Assembly (NCBI RefSeq): GCF_964213995.1
Contig: NW_027590154.1
Span: 1,054,001-1,118,000 of the forward strand
DNA from: Mustelus asterias
Lineage: Eukaryota
Length of the DNA stretch: 64,000 bases
Direction: 5' to 3'
Shown here one piece after another: positions 11,354-22,714 of the stretch (its first letter is position 1; every line of letters begins with the position of its first letter). The translations under genes and the position numbers were made by a program. The notes beneath the pieces are model-generated. The model worked only from the letters and a program-made list of their open reading frames with translations. It searched no databases and was not told where the DNA came from.

Positions 11354-12185
11354 TTCGTTAAGCTTTCTCATGGAAGATGAGGGAAATCCTGTATGATTTC
11401 AGTTCGTTGCTGAACATTATCCGAATCTCGATATTACAACAATATTATCTTTGCTCTGACCTCAAACTCAAATGGTTTCTGTGAATAAGAAATGCTGATT
11501 TCTTTTTGACGCACTGACAGGAAAGAAACGTCTCTATTTTGACAACGTGCACATAGTATCACCTTGTTCAGTGGACAACAGAATTTAATGGGTTTTTAGG
11601 TGCAAACTAAAATAGCGAATCACCATCTGAAACATGTCTAATAGGAGTGTGTGCTCAACAAGACAGACACAAGTGATACTCGTGATTCAATTTCAGAGAT
11701 ATTCACTTCAGAATGATGTCATATGTGTGACACAATGTATTGAGGTTAAATATTGAAACAAATACTGAGTACAATTGTAAAGTGAGCTTTGGCAAAATGT
11801 CATCTGGATTCCAAACGTCAGCTCTTTTCTCTCCTTACAGATGCTGCCAGACCTTGTGAGATTTTCCAGCATTTTCTCCTTTGGTTTCAGATTCCATCAT
11901 CTGCAGTAATTTGCTTTCATTAATGAGCACAATTGGTTGAGATTATTCGAAGGAAGATGAAAATAATGCATTAATGAATGAGTGGAATTCATTGTTGCTT
12001 TGATATTTGACAGGCGATCGCTTTAAAATTTTGAAGTTCAAGATAAGTTGAGCAATCATATTGACAGTAACGGTTATCTTCCTGAAACAAGGGACATGGC
12101 CTCTCAGTCGAACCATTTGAAACTGCAGCAACACAGCGCAGTTGAACATTGCAGAGAGGCGGATTTGCTGTCATTGCTGTCACCT

Positions 12186-12258
12186 GTTTCTGTAGTGTAT
12201 TGGTTATCACATTCACCTCACACGCGAAAGGTTCCCAGTTCAAAACCGGGCAGAAACG
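12186..12258 (+). pseudogene. tRNA-Val(CAC), best-preserved copy (probable pseudogene)
   Basis: 9 mismatches to consensus, mostly CpG transitions; acceptor stem still pairs (GTTTCTG/CAGAAAC). Confidence 0.88.
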
Positions 12259-12309
12259 TTCATTAATCTTTCTAATTTAGGGTGAGGAAATCTGTATGAT
12301 TTCAGTATA

Positions 12310-13055
12310 AAGGACAAAGAAAATGACAGCATATGAACCAGCCCTCCACGCCTGCACCGACCATGCTGCCCGACTTAATAAAGCACCCTACCCTGCCGGG
12401 GGTCGTATCCCTCATTTCCCATTCTATTCATGTACTTGTCAGGACGCTCCTTAAAAGTCACTCCCGCATCAGCTTCCACTACCTCTCCAGGCACCCACTA
12501 GTCTCTACGTAAAAAATCTGCCTCGTGCATCTCCTTCAAACCTTGCCCCACGCACCTTAAACAGATATCCCCTAGTAATTGATTCTTCCGCCCTGGGAAA
12601 AAGCTTGTGACTATCCACTCTGTCCATGCCTTTCACAATCTTGTAGACTTCGATCAGGTCTCCCCTCAACCTCCGTCGCTCCAGTGAGAACAAGCCAAGT
12701 TTGTCCAATCTCTCCTCGTAGCAAATACTCTCCATACCAGGCAACATCCTGGTAAATCTTTTCTTTACCCTCTCCAAAGCCTCCACATCCTTCTGGTAGT
12801 GTGGCGACCAAATTTAAATATTATATTCCAAGTGCGGCCTAACTAAGGTTCTATAAAGTTGCAACATGACTTGCCAATTTTTAAACTCAATGCCCCGGCC
12901 GATAAAGGCAAGCATGCCGTATGCCTTCTTGACTACCTTCTCCACCTGCATTGCCACTTTCAGTGACCTGTATACCTGTACACCCAGATCCCTTTGCCTA
13001 TCAATACTCTTAAGGGTTCTGCCATTTACTGTATATTTCCTATCTGTATTAGATC
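12310..13055 (-). mobile_element. CR1 3' fragment inserted in the tRNA-Val array
   Basis: RT C-terminal ORFs 12505-12786 and 12814-; same subfamily as 25120-25925. Confidence 0.92.
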
Positions 13056-13951
13056 TTCGTTGCTGAACAATATCCGCATCTTGATGTTGCAGCCGTATGA
13101 TCTTTGCTCTGACCTCGGTCTCAAATGATTTCTGTAAAATAAGAATGTTGATAGCTTTTTGACGAACTGACAGGAAAGAAACCTTTGGATTTTGACACTG
13201 TGCGCATATTCGCATCACGTTCAGTCTACAACAGAATTTAAAGAGTTTATAGGTGCAGATTAACGTAGCTAATCGCCATCTGGAACTTTTCGAATAGTAG
13301 TATGTGCTCCAGGGGACTGACACAAGTGATACGGTAAGTGAACTATAGGAAATGGCGCACATTTCCCAGAAGAATCTTTTTTTAATCGTTCTTCAAAACA
13401 AAGAAATAGGAAAAAAAAAACATTCAGACAAATGAGGAAATCGAGACTCAGTGCGGATCTACTGAACTTTCATTTAAATGGCCGGAATTTATGCGCCTGA
13501 ATGTTTCACACCCAAAAAGAAAAAAAACTCAAGTGTCAATAACAGATAATTCTTCAATCTCGTCTATTTAAATGTAGTTCACCTTGTTTAAATGTAGTTC
13601 GCTATGGTCAATCTCATAATTGTGATCTGTCTTCCCCGGTGACTCGATTCCTGTTGGTCATTTATGTTTGCAATTCTATGATATTCAATTTCAGAGATAA
13701 TGAAGACATATGTGTTGAATAATGCATTGAGACTAAATATTGAAACAAATACTGAGTACAATTGTACAATGAACGTTGTTAAAGTGTCATCTGGACTCGA
13801 AACGTCAGCTCCTTTCTCTTCTTACAGGTGCTGTCAGACGTTGTGAGATTTTCCAGCATTTTTTCGTTTGGTTTCCGATTCCAGTATCCGCAGTAATTTG
13901 CTTTTATTGCTGAGTACAATTGGTTGAGATTATTCGAAGGAAGATGAGAAT

Positions 13952-14700
13952 AAAGAACAAAGAACAAATAACAATACAGCACAGGAACAGGCCCTTCGGC
14001 CCTCCAAGCCCGTGCCGCTCCCTGGTCGAAACTAGACCACTCTTTTGTATCCCTCCATTCCCACTCCGTTCATGTGGCTATCTAGATAAGTCTTAAACGT
14101 TCCCAGTGTGTCCGCCTCCACCACCATGCCGGGCAACGCATTACAGGCCCCCATCACCCTCTGTGTAAAATATGTCCTTCTGATATCTGTGTTAAACCTC
14201 CCCCCCCCCTTCACCTTGAACCCATGACCCCTCGTGAACGTCACCACCGACCTGGGGACAAGTTTCCCACCGTTCACCCTATCTATGCCTTTCATAATTG
14301 TATACACCTCTATTAAGTGTCCCTTCATCCTCTGTCTTTCCAGGGAGAACAGCCCCAGTTTACCCAATCTCTCCTCATAACTAAGCCCCTCCATACCAGG
14401 CAACATCCTGGCAAACCTCCTCTGTACTCTCTCCAAAGCCTCCACGTCCTTCTGGTAGTGTGGCGACCAGAACTGGACGCAGTATTCCAAATGCGGCCGA
14501 ACCAACGTTCTATACATCTGCAACATCAGACCCCAACTTTTATACTCTATGCCCCGTCCTATAAAGGCAAGCATGCCATATGCCTTCTTCACCACCTTCT
14601 CCACCTGTGACGTCACCTTCAAGTATCTGTGGACTTGCACACCCAGGTCCCTCTGCGTATCTACACCCTTTATGGTTCTGCCATTTATCGTATAGCTATG
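13952..14700 (-). mobile_element. CR1 3' fragment inserted in the tRNA-Val array
   Basis: ORF 14032-14640 LVRPHLEYCVQFWSPH...FTQRV. Confidence 0.93.
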
Positions 14701-14982
14701 AATGATGCATTAATGATGCATTAATGAAAGGCCCTTTATGGTTCTGCCATTTATCGTATAGCTATAGAATGATGCATTAATGAAAGGCTGGAAATCATTG
14801 TTCCCTTAAATATTTGCCAGAAGAACACTTTTAAATTTTGATGTTCAAGATAAGTTGAGCAATCAGATTGAAAGCAACGGTTATCTTCCTGAATTAAGAA
14901 GCATGGGCTCTCAGTCTAACCATTGGAACCTGCAGCAGTTGAACATTGCGGACAGGCCGATTTGCTGCAGCTTGCGTCCAGC

Positions 14983-15055
14983 TGTTCTCCAGTGTAGTGG
15001 TTATTATGTTCGTCTGACATGCGGAAAGATCCTGGTTCGAAACGGAACAGCAACA
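14983..15055 (+). pseudogene. tRNA-Val pseudogene (anticodon reads GAC)
   Basis: agtgtagtggttattatgttcgtctgacatgcggaaagatcctggttcgaaac at the homologous position in the array unit. Confidence 0.8.
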
Positions 15056-16237
15056 TTCATTAAGCTTTCTCATGTCGAGTGAAGGAAAATTGCATGATTT
15101 CAGTTCGTTCCTCAACATTATCTGAACCTCAATATTACAGACATATTATTGTTGCTCTGACATCGGCCTCCAATGTTTTCTGTAAAATAAGAAATGCTGA
15201 TTTTTTTTGATGCACTGACAGGAAAGTAACGTTTCGATTTTGACACCGAGCACATATTCGCATCTCGTTCAGTCTACAACAGAATTGAATGGGTATATGG
15301 GTGCAGACTAACATGGTTAATCACCGTCTGAAACATATCTAATAGTAGTGTCTGCTCCAGAAGACTGACACAAGTGATATTGTAAGTGATCTATCAGAAA
15401 TGGCGTTCATTTCCCAGACGATTCTTTTTTTAAATCGTTCTTCACAACAAAGAAATAGAAAAAAAACCACTCAGACTGATGAAGGAATCGGGACTCAGTG
15501 CAGATCTACTGGACTTTCCTATAAATGGCCGGAATTTATGCGCCTGAATATTTCACGCCCATAATAAAAAAGGCTCAAGTGTCACGAACAGGTAGTTCTT
15601 GACTCACTTCCATTTAAACATAGTTGACTTTGTTTAAAAGCTGGTTATGATCAATCTCAAAACTGCGATCTGTATTACCCGGTGATTCGATTCGTTCTGT
15701 TAGTCAGTTCTGTTTGCAATTCAGTGATATTCAATTCCAGAGATATTGAATTCATAATGAAGACATATGTGTTAAATAATGCATTGATCCTAAATATTGA
15801 ATAATAAAACAAATACTGAGTACAATTGCTCAATGAGCTTTCACAAAATGTCATCTGGACTCGAAAGCTCAGCCCTTTTCTCTCCTAACAGGAGCTGTCA
15901 GACATTGCGAGATTTTCCAGCATTTTCTCTTTTGGTTTCCGATTCCAGCATCCGCAGTAATTTACTTTTATTACTGATTACAATTTGTTGAGATTATTCG
16001 AAGGAAGATGAAAATGATGCATTAATGAATGGGCAGAATCAGTGCTCACTTAGATATTTGCCAAACGAAAGCTTTTAAATTTTGATGTTCAAGATAAGTT
16101 GAGAAATCAGGTTGAAAATACCGGTTTTCTTCTTGAATTCAGTGACATGGGCTCTCAGTTTAACCATTGGAACCTGCAGCAGCGCAGCGCAGTTGGACAT
16201 TGCAGACAGACCAATTAACTAAAATATGCGGTCAGCT

Positions 16238-16310
16238 GTTCATGTAATGTCATGGTTATCACGTTCGCCTCACACGTGAATGATTCCCGGATCAAAACCC
16301 GGCAGAAGCA
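16238..16310 (+). pseudogene. tRNA-Val(CAC) pseudogene
   Basis: tggttatcacgttcgcctcacacgtgaa core; damaged A and B boxes. Confidence 0.85.
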
Positions 16311-16361
16311 CTTTTGGACCATTCTTGTTCAGGGAGTGCGAAGCCTGCATGGTTTAACTTC

Positions 16362-16673
16362 CTAGAATCATGCAGTGAAGAGGGAGGCCATTCGGCCCAT
16401 CGAGACTGCACCGAAAACAATCCCACCCAGGCCCTATCCCCATGACCCCATGTATTTACCTACCTCGCTCCCCTGGCACTAAGGGGCAATTTAGCATGGC
16501 CTATCCACCTCACCTGCACATTTTTGGACTGTGGGAGGAAACCAGGACCCGGGGAACACGGGGAGAACGTACAAACTCAACACAGACAGTGACCCAAGCC
16601 GTGAATCGAACCCAGGTGTCTGTGAGGCCGCAGTGCTAACCAATGTGCCACTGTGCCGTCCCACTGTGCCACC
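16362..16673 (-). mobile_element. HE1-like V-SINE, full length
   Basis: Head, V-domain and CR1-type tail present. Confidence 0.9.
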
Positions 16674-17464
16674 ATCATTGCTCAACATTATGTGAATCTC
16701 GATGTTACATCAACTCAAATGCTTTTCGGAAAATCGGACCTTACATTAATTCAATTGCCTTTAGGAAAATCAGAAATGCTGTTATTTAGGATGCAATGGC
16801 AGGAAATAAATGTTTGTCTTGTTTGTACATATATTCTCAACTCGTTCAGTCCGCAACAAAATTTAATGCGTTTACCGGTGCAGACTAACAGATTTAATCA
16901 CCATCTGAAACATGTCTACCAGTAGTGCGGGCTCATAAAGACAGACACAAGTGAAAGTGTAACTGAACGAGAGGAAATGGCACACATTGCTTCGAAGGTT
17001 ATTTTAAAAATTGTTCTTCCGAATAAAGAAAGAGGGAAAAACACTCAGACAGATGAGGAAATCGGGCATCAGTGCGGAACTGCTGGGCCTCCGGTCGATG
17101 AAAGAGATTTAAGCGCCAGAATGTTTCACACACCGAATAAAGAAGGATCACGTATAACTAACAGATCATTCTTAAATCTCTTTCCTTGAAAGATATTTGC
17201 TTTTGTTTGAAAGCTGACTTTGGTCAATTTCAAAAAAATAATGCAAAACATGGAAACATTGCCAACAATAATATGTGTATTTCCCAGTGACTCGCGCTCT
17301 TTTGTTGATTAGCCATGCTTGCAATTCAATGTTGTCTATTTCAGAGATATTCAATTCAGAATGAGGACATTTGTGTTAAATGAATGTATTGAAGTTAAAG
17401 GTTGAATCAAAAGAACCGGGAAGATACAATGTGATGGGATGGGATTTATTTTCTCCGCCCATTT

Positions 17465-17580
17465 GCATATCGGCAAATATTCACTTTCTGCAAAAGGATG
17501 CCATGATTTTCGGTAAGCGATCAGAGAGCGCCCTCCGTGGACAGTACAACAGCATTGGAAACAGACGCAGAACCAAGAGA
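17465..17580 (-). pseudogene. Second V-segment relic (5' part), paralogous to 6905-7190
   Basis: taagcgatcagagagcgccctccgtggacag...attggaaacag aligns with taagtgatcagagagtgctctcccgtggacag...attggaaacag (7125-7173); translates SVSNAVVLSTEGAL*. Confidence 0.6.
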
Positions 17581-17599
17581 CCAAATATATACACCCAGA

Positions 17600-19210
17600 G
17601 ACATATCCAGTACAGCTACAACACTGGACAGGAAGAATCATCCGCTCAACATCCACACTGTTGGCACCCCTTAGCGTTTTAAAGCTTTCACTCAATTTGC
17701 CTCTTACTCTTCTGAACTCCCGTGGATACAAACCTGACGTCAACATCCTTTCCTCAGCAGATCACTCGCTCAGAGCTGGTGATGGTTTCGTAAACTCCTC
17801 TGAACTTTTTCTGATGCATTAACATGTTTCTTAAGATAAGGAGACAAGTAGTGTACACAATATTCGAGATATATCCAATGACCTCGCCAATGCCCAATTT
17901 TCCGCTCTATCCCGTGTGTCGTCAGCAGATATAGCATCCATATCTTCACTGCCTTCATCACTGCAGAAATCATCCCACTTTAATGCTTTTTGACAAATTC
18001 AGCCAGAATGCATTTGTTCAGGTCAAATCGTTTTCGTTCAACTTGCTTGAGTTTAATGCTGAACAACATAGATGGTTTGTGAGGGTATTTCTCTTAATGG
18101 GCGTCCAAAGGTGATATGGTGCTGCATCACAGCTTGTGAGTAAATGTGGAGATCAGAGAATAAAATGGATAGGAGCAACACGGATAGGAAATTGGCTGAG
18201 TGCCAGGAAACAACTCATAGCTGTTTTTCGGACTGGAACAAAGTTTGTAGTGAAGGTGCCAGGAATAGGTTACATGACTCTTGATCTTCCCGGCATAGTA
18301 ATGGCCGAGAGCTTGGTATGGAGGTCAGACTTTCAAAATCTGTGTATAATGCAAAACATGGAAACATTGCCAACCATCAGAAGACCGAGCAGAACTTCAG
18401 AACGAAAAAAAACTAATTTGTGGAATTGTCCTGCAATTGGGAGATTTAATTGATCGCATGTAAAGTTACATGATTAGTTTTGTTAAGCAGAATGTGAAGA
18501 GACAAAGGGAAATGATGAAAACGCTGTGAAAGTGGCGGTAAGACGCCGAGGGACCTGAGTGAATATGTGCACAAATCATTCATGGTGGAAGACAGTTTGA
18601 AAGAGTGGAAAATAAAATAGTTAACAGTCTTTGTCTGTTGGGGGAAAGAATACAGAAGCAAGGAAGTTATGCTAAATTTGTAAAAAGCACTGGAAAATAG
18701 CCAACTGAAAAATTGCGTCAAATTCTGGGCACCAAACGTAAGGAGAAATGTAAAGCCAGTAGGCTGGATGCAGGTGGAAAATACGAGATTAGTTCCAGAG
18801 ATCAGAAACTTCAGTAACGAAAATATATTGGTGAGGTTCGGACTGATTTCCTTGACAGGAAGTTGCTGATGTGATCCCTTTGAGGCCTTCAAAATCCTGA
18901 GGGGTCAGGAATTGTTCAATAGCAGATGGATTTTGTAACAGAGGGCGCGGGTTGAAGTTAATTGGTGAAAGAAGCATGGAGTCATAACGAAACACATTTT
19001 CGGACAGTGACTGATTCAGACCTGCAATCTGCTGTTTCAGAGTATGGTTCAGGGAGCGACAATTGATGGTTTCAAAATGGGATTGGATTATTGTCTGGAA
19101 TTGACAAAATGCTGGACTGTGGGGTATAGAGTGTTATTGGATGAATTGCTCCTTTAGAGGACCAGCACATACATGATGCTTCAAAATGGCCTTCTTCTCT
19201 CCTGTAAATA
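17600..19210. mobile_element. Old degenerate CR1 fragments (17600-17900 minus; 18130-19210 plus)
   Basis: LEYCVHYLSPYLKKHVNASEKVQR and IGNWLSARKQ remnants. Confidence 0.75.
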
Positions 19211-20589
19211 GTCTATCAGTGTGGAAAATGAAGACAGTGGCAACGTGGTAATATCACTGGGAGAGGATTTCTGAGGGGAGGCAATTTTCTCAAGGTACAT
19301 GTTCAAATCTAACTGCAAAAGAACGTGGGTTTAAAATGCAATTGCAATTTTGAATTTAAGCCTCGTTTCCGTAATTGCGGCCAATACATGTAATATAACA
19401 GATCCTCTAATGCCCAGCAGAAAAGGAAACCATCCATCATTTCCCAGTTTGGCCCATAGCTGACTCAAGGCCACACGTGTTTGGCGTTTACATGCCTTAG
19501 AATCATAGAAACCCTACAGTGCAAAAGGAGGCCATTCGGCCCATCGAGTCTGCACCGACCACAATCCCACCCAGGCCCTACCCGCACATATTTACCTGCT
19601 AATCCCTCTAACCTACGCATCTCAGGACTCTAAGGGGCAATTTGTAACCTGGCCAATCAACCTAACCTGCACATCTTTGGACTGTGGGAGGAAGCCTTCT
19701 GTGATGATCTAGGAAACCAATGAATTCAGAGTACTCGCGATTGCCAAATTATGCTGGCCTTGCCAGCTGTGTATACACCCCATGAAAGAATAAGAAACAG
19801 CAACGAAAATCAGCATTTCATAACATCTGCTATATCAAAGGACGTCCAGGAGATGGCAGTGAAACCGTGCTCTTTGGCACGACGCGAAACAGATCGTCTC
19901 AGTCATTGCTGCAATAGATGCAGTCTTTATCCATCCGAAACTAGACCTAGTTTATATGACACAAAATCATAATTCTGATTACATGACAATAATTCTCAAT
20001 TGATTCTATACTCAGCAAAATACCAGTTGTCAGTATACCGTACCAAGTCCCATTTGATATTACATTGCTGGAACCTGCAACGTATAAAGAAACCTCGACT
20101 TTCCCTCAATCACTGCTGCACCAGTCCACCTCCCTGTTTATACCGAATAATATCCTGTCTCTAATTATTGTTCTATTTCATGACTCGTTTATTGCTCTAA
20201 TGTCCCTGTCAAAACTTTTATCAATCTGAAGCCTTAGTTTGAAATTATTGCATCAGCTTTGTCTCAGTTTATATCATACAATGCCCAGAATCAGATTCAA
20301 CAGTATTTGAACCGATTGAACAGGTGGAGTTTTATTGCGCTAGCTGCTGTGTCCTTTATTAATGCGCCAAACCATACCACTGTTCATTTTACACATTATC
20401 CTCTCTCAATTATTGCTTTACTCTGCATTGCCTCGCTTTTTATTCCACTGGGTCACATCTCTGTTTATATCACACTAGATTATATCCCTAATAGATAATT
20501 ATATTCTAATAGCGTCCGTGTGAGATTACATTACACTAGAACCTGTCTCAGTTTAAATTATAGTACACCTTGTACTATAATCCATCGCT

Positions 20590-22665
20590 GTCTTGAGGCA
20601 ATTCAGAGTGGATAAATCCCCAGGACCAGACAGGGTATTCCCACGGACCTTGAGGGAAGCTAGTGTTGAACTTGCAGGGGCCCTGGCAGACATATTTAAA
20701 ATGTCAGTATTCACGGGGGAGGTGCCGGATGATTGGAGGGTGGCTCATGTTGTTCCGTTGTTTAAAAAAAGGTTCCAAAATAAATCCGGGAAATTATAGG
20801 CCAGTAAGTTTGACGTCGGTGGTGGGCAAGTTATTGGAAGGTGTCATAAGGGATAGGATCTACAAATATTTGGATAGACAGGGACTTATTAGGGAGAGTC
20901 AACATGGCTTTGTGCGTGGTAGGTCATGTTTGACCAATCTATTAGAGTTTTTCGAGGAGGTTACCAGGAAAGTGGATGAAGGGAAGGCGGTGGATGTTGT
21001 CTACCTGGATTTCAGCAAGACCTTTGACAAGGTCCCTCATGGGAGGTTAGTTAGGAAGGTTCAGTCGCTAGGTATACATGGGGAGGTAGTAAATTGGATT
21101 AGACACTGGTTCAATGGAAGAAGCCAGAGGGTGGTTGTGGAGGATTGCTTCTCTGAGTGGAGGCCTGTGACTAGTGGTGTGCCGCAGGGATCGCTGTTGG
21201 GTCCATTGTTGGTTGTCATCTATATCAATGATCTGGATGATAATGTGGTAAATTGGATCAGCATGTTTACTGATGATACAAAGATTGGAGGTGGAGTGGA
21301 CAGTGAGGAAGGTTTTCAAAGCTTGCAGAGGGATTTGGACCAACTCGAAAAATGGGCTGAAAAATGGCAAATGGAATTTACATAGAACATAGAACAGTAC
21401 AGCACAGAACAGGCCCTTCGGCCCACGATGTTGTGCCGAGCTTTATCTGAAACCAAGATCAAGCTATCCCACTCCCTATCATCCTGGTGTGCTCCATGTG
21501 CCTATCCAATAACCGCTTAAATGTTCTGAAAGTGTCTGACTCCACTATCACTGCAGGCAGTCCATTCCACACCCCAACCACTCTCTGCGTAAAGAACCTA
21601 CCTCTGATATCCTTCCTGTATCTCCCACCACGAACCCTATAGTTATGCCCCCTTGTAATAGCTCCATCCACCCGAGGAAATAGTCTTTGAACGTCCACTC
21701 TATCTATCCCCTTCATCATTTTATAAACCTCTATTAAGTCTCCCCTCAGCCTCCTCCGCTCCAGAGAGAACAGCCCAAGCTCCCTCAACCTTTCCTCATA
21801 AGACCTACCCTCCAATCCAGGCAGCATCCTGGTAAATCTCCTCTGCACTCTTTCCAGCGCTTCCACATCCTTCTTATAGGATAATTTAACGCAGACAAGT
21901 GTGAGATATTGCACATTGGAAGGACAAACTAAAGTAGAACGTATAGGGTAAATGGTAGGACTCTGAAGAGTGCAATTGAACAGAGGGATCTGGGAATACA
22001 GGTACAGAATTCCCTAAAAGTGACGTCACAGGTATAAAGAGTACATTGGTACATTGGCTTTGATAAATCTGAGTAACGAGTATAAAAGTTGGAGTGTTAT
22101 GGTAAGGTTATATAAGGCATTGGTGAGGCCGAATTTGGAGTATTGTGTACAGTTTTGGTCACCTAGTTACAGGAAGGATGTAAATAAGGTTGAAAGAGTG
22201 CAGAGAAGGTTCACAAGGATATTGCCGGGTCTTGAGAAGCTGAGTTGCACAGAGCGATTGAATAGGTTGGGACTTTATTCCCTGGAGCATAGAAGATTGA
22301 GGGGAGATTTGATAGAGGTGCATAAGATTTTGATGGGTATAGATAGAGTGAATGCAAGCAGGCTTTTTCCGCTGAGGCTCGGGGAGAAGAAAACCAGAGG
22401 ACATGGGTTAAGGGTGCAAGGAGAAATGTTTAAAGGGAATATTAGGGGAGAACTTCTTCACGCAGAGAGTGGTGGGAGTGTGGAATGAGCTGCCGGATAA
22501 AGTGGTAAATGCCACTTCAACATTTAAGAAAAACTTGGACGGGTTCATGGATGAGAGGGGTGTGGAGGGATATGGTCCAAGTGCAGGTCAGTGGGACTAG
22601 GCAAAAAATGGTTCGGCAAAGACAAGAAGGGCCAAAAGGCCTGTTTCTGAGCTGTAATTTTCTAC
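20590..22665 (+). mobile_element. CR1 LINE (RT region to 3' end), split by a nested CR1
   Basis: ORFs 20593-, 20663-21385 and 22054-22488 with RT motifs; host sequence atggaattta|acgcagacaagtgtgag resumes after the insertion. Confidence 0.95.
21380..21878 (-). mobile_element. Nested CR1/HER1 3' fragment
   Basis: ORF 21459-21914; possible target-site duplication (TSD) aattta. Confidence 0.92.
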
Positions 22666-22714
22666 ATTGTCTCTGCTTACATTGGAATAAACCTTGACAT
22701 TGTTACAGTTGCGT

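Larger units (their letters stand above)
9600..17400 (+). repeat. Tandem array of ~1.1-1.25 kb units, most carrying a tRNA-Val pseudogene
   Basis: Recurring blocks (aagataagttgag...acatgggctctcag...aaccatt; gctgaacattatcc; ctgaaacatgtctaatag) about six times; interrupted by CR1, SINE and Penelope insertions and by deletions. Confidence 0.92.

Noticed and set aside
17455-17468. GC box plus octamer ATTTGCAT as an Ig or snRNA promoter
   Set aside because: Lies at the broken end of a V relic; no leader exon or snRNA found at a suitable distance.
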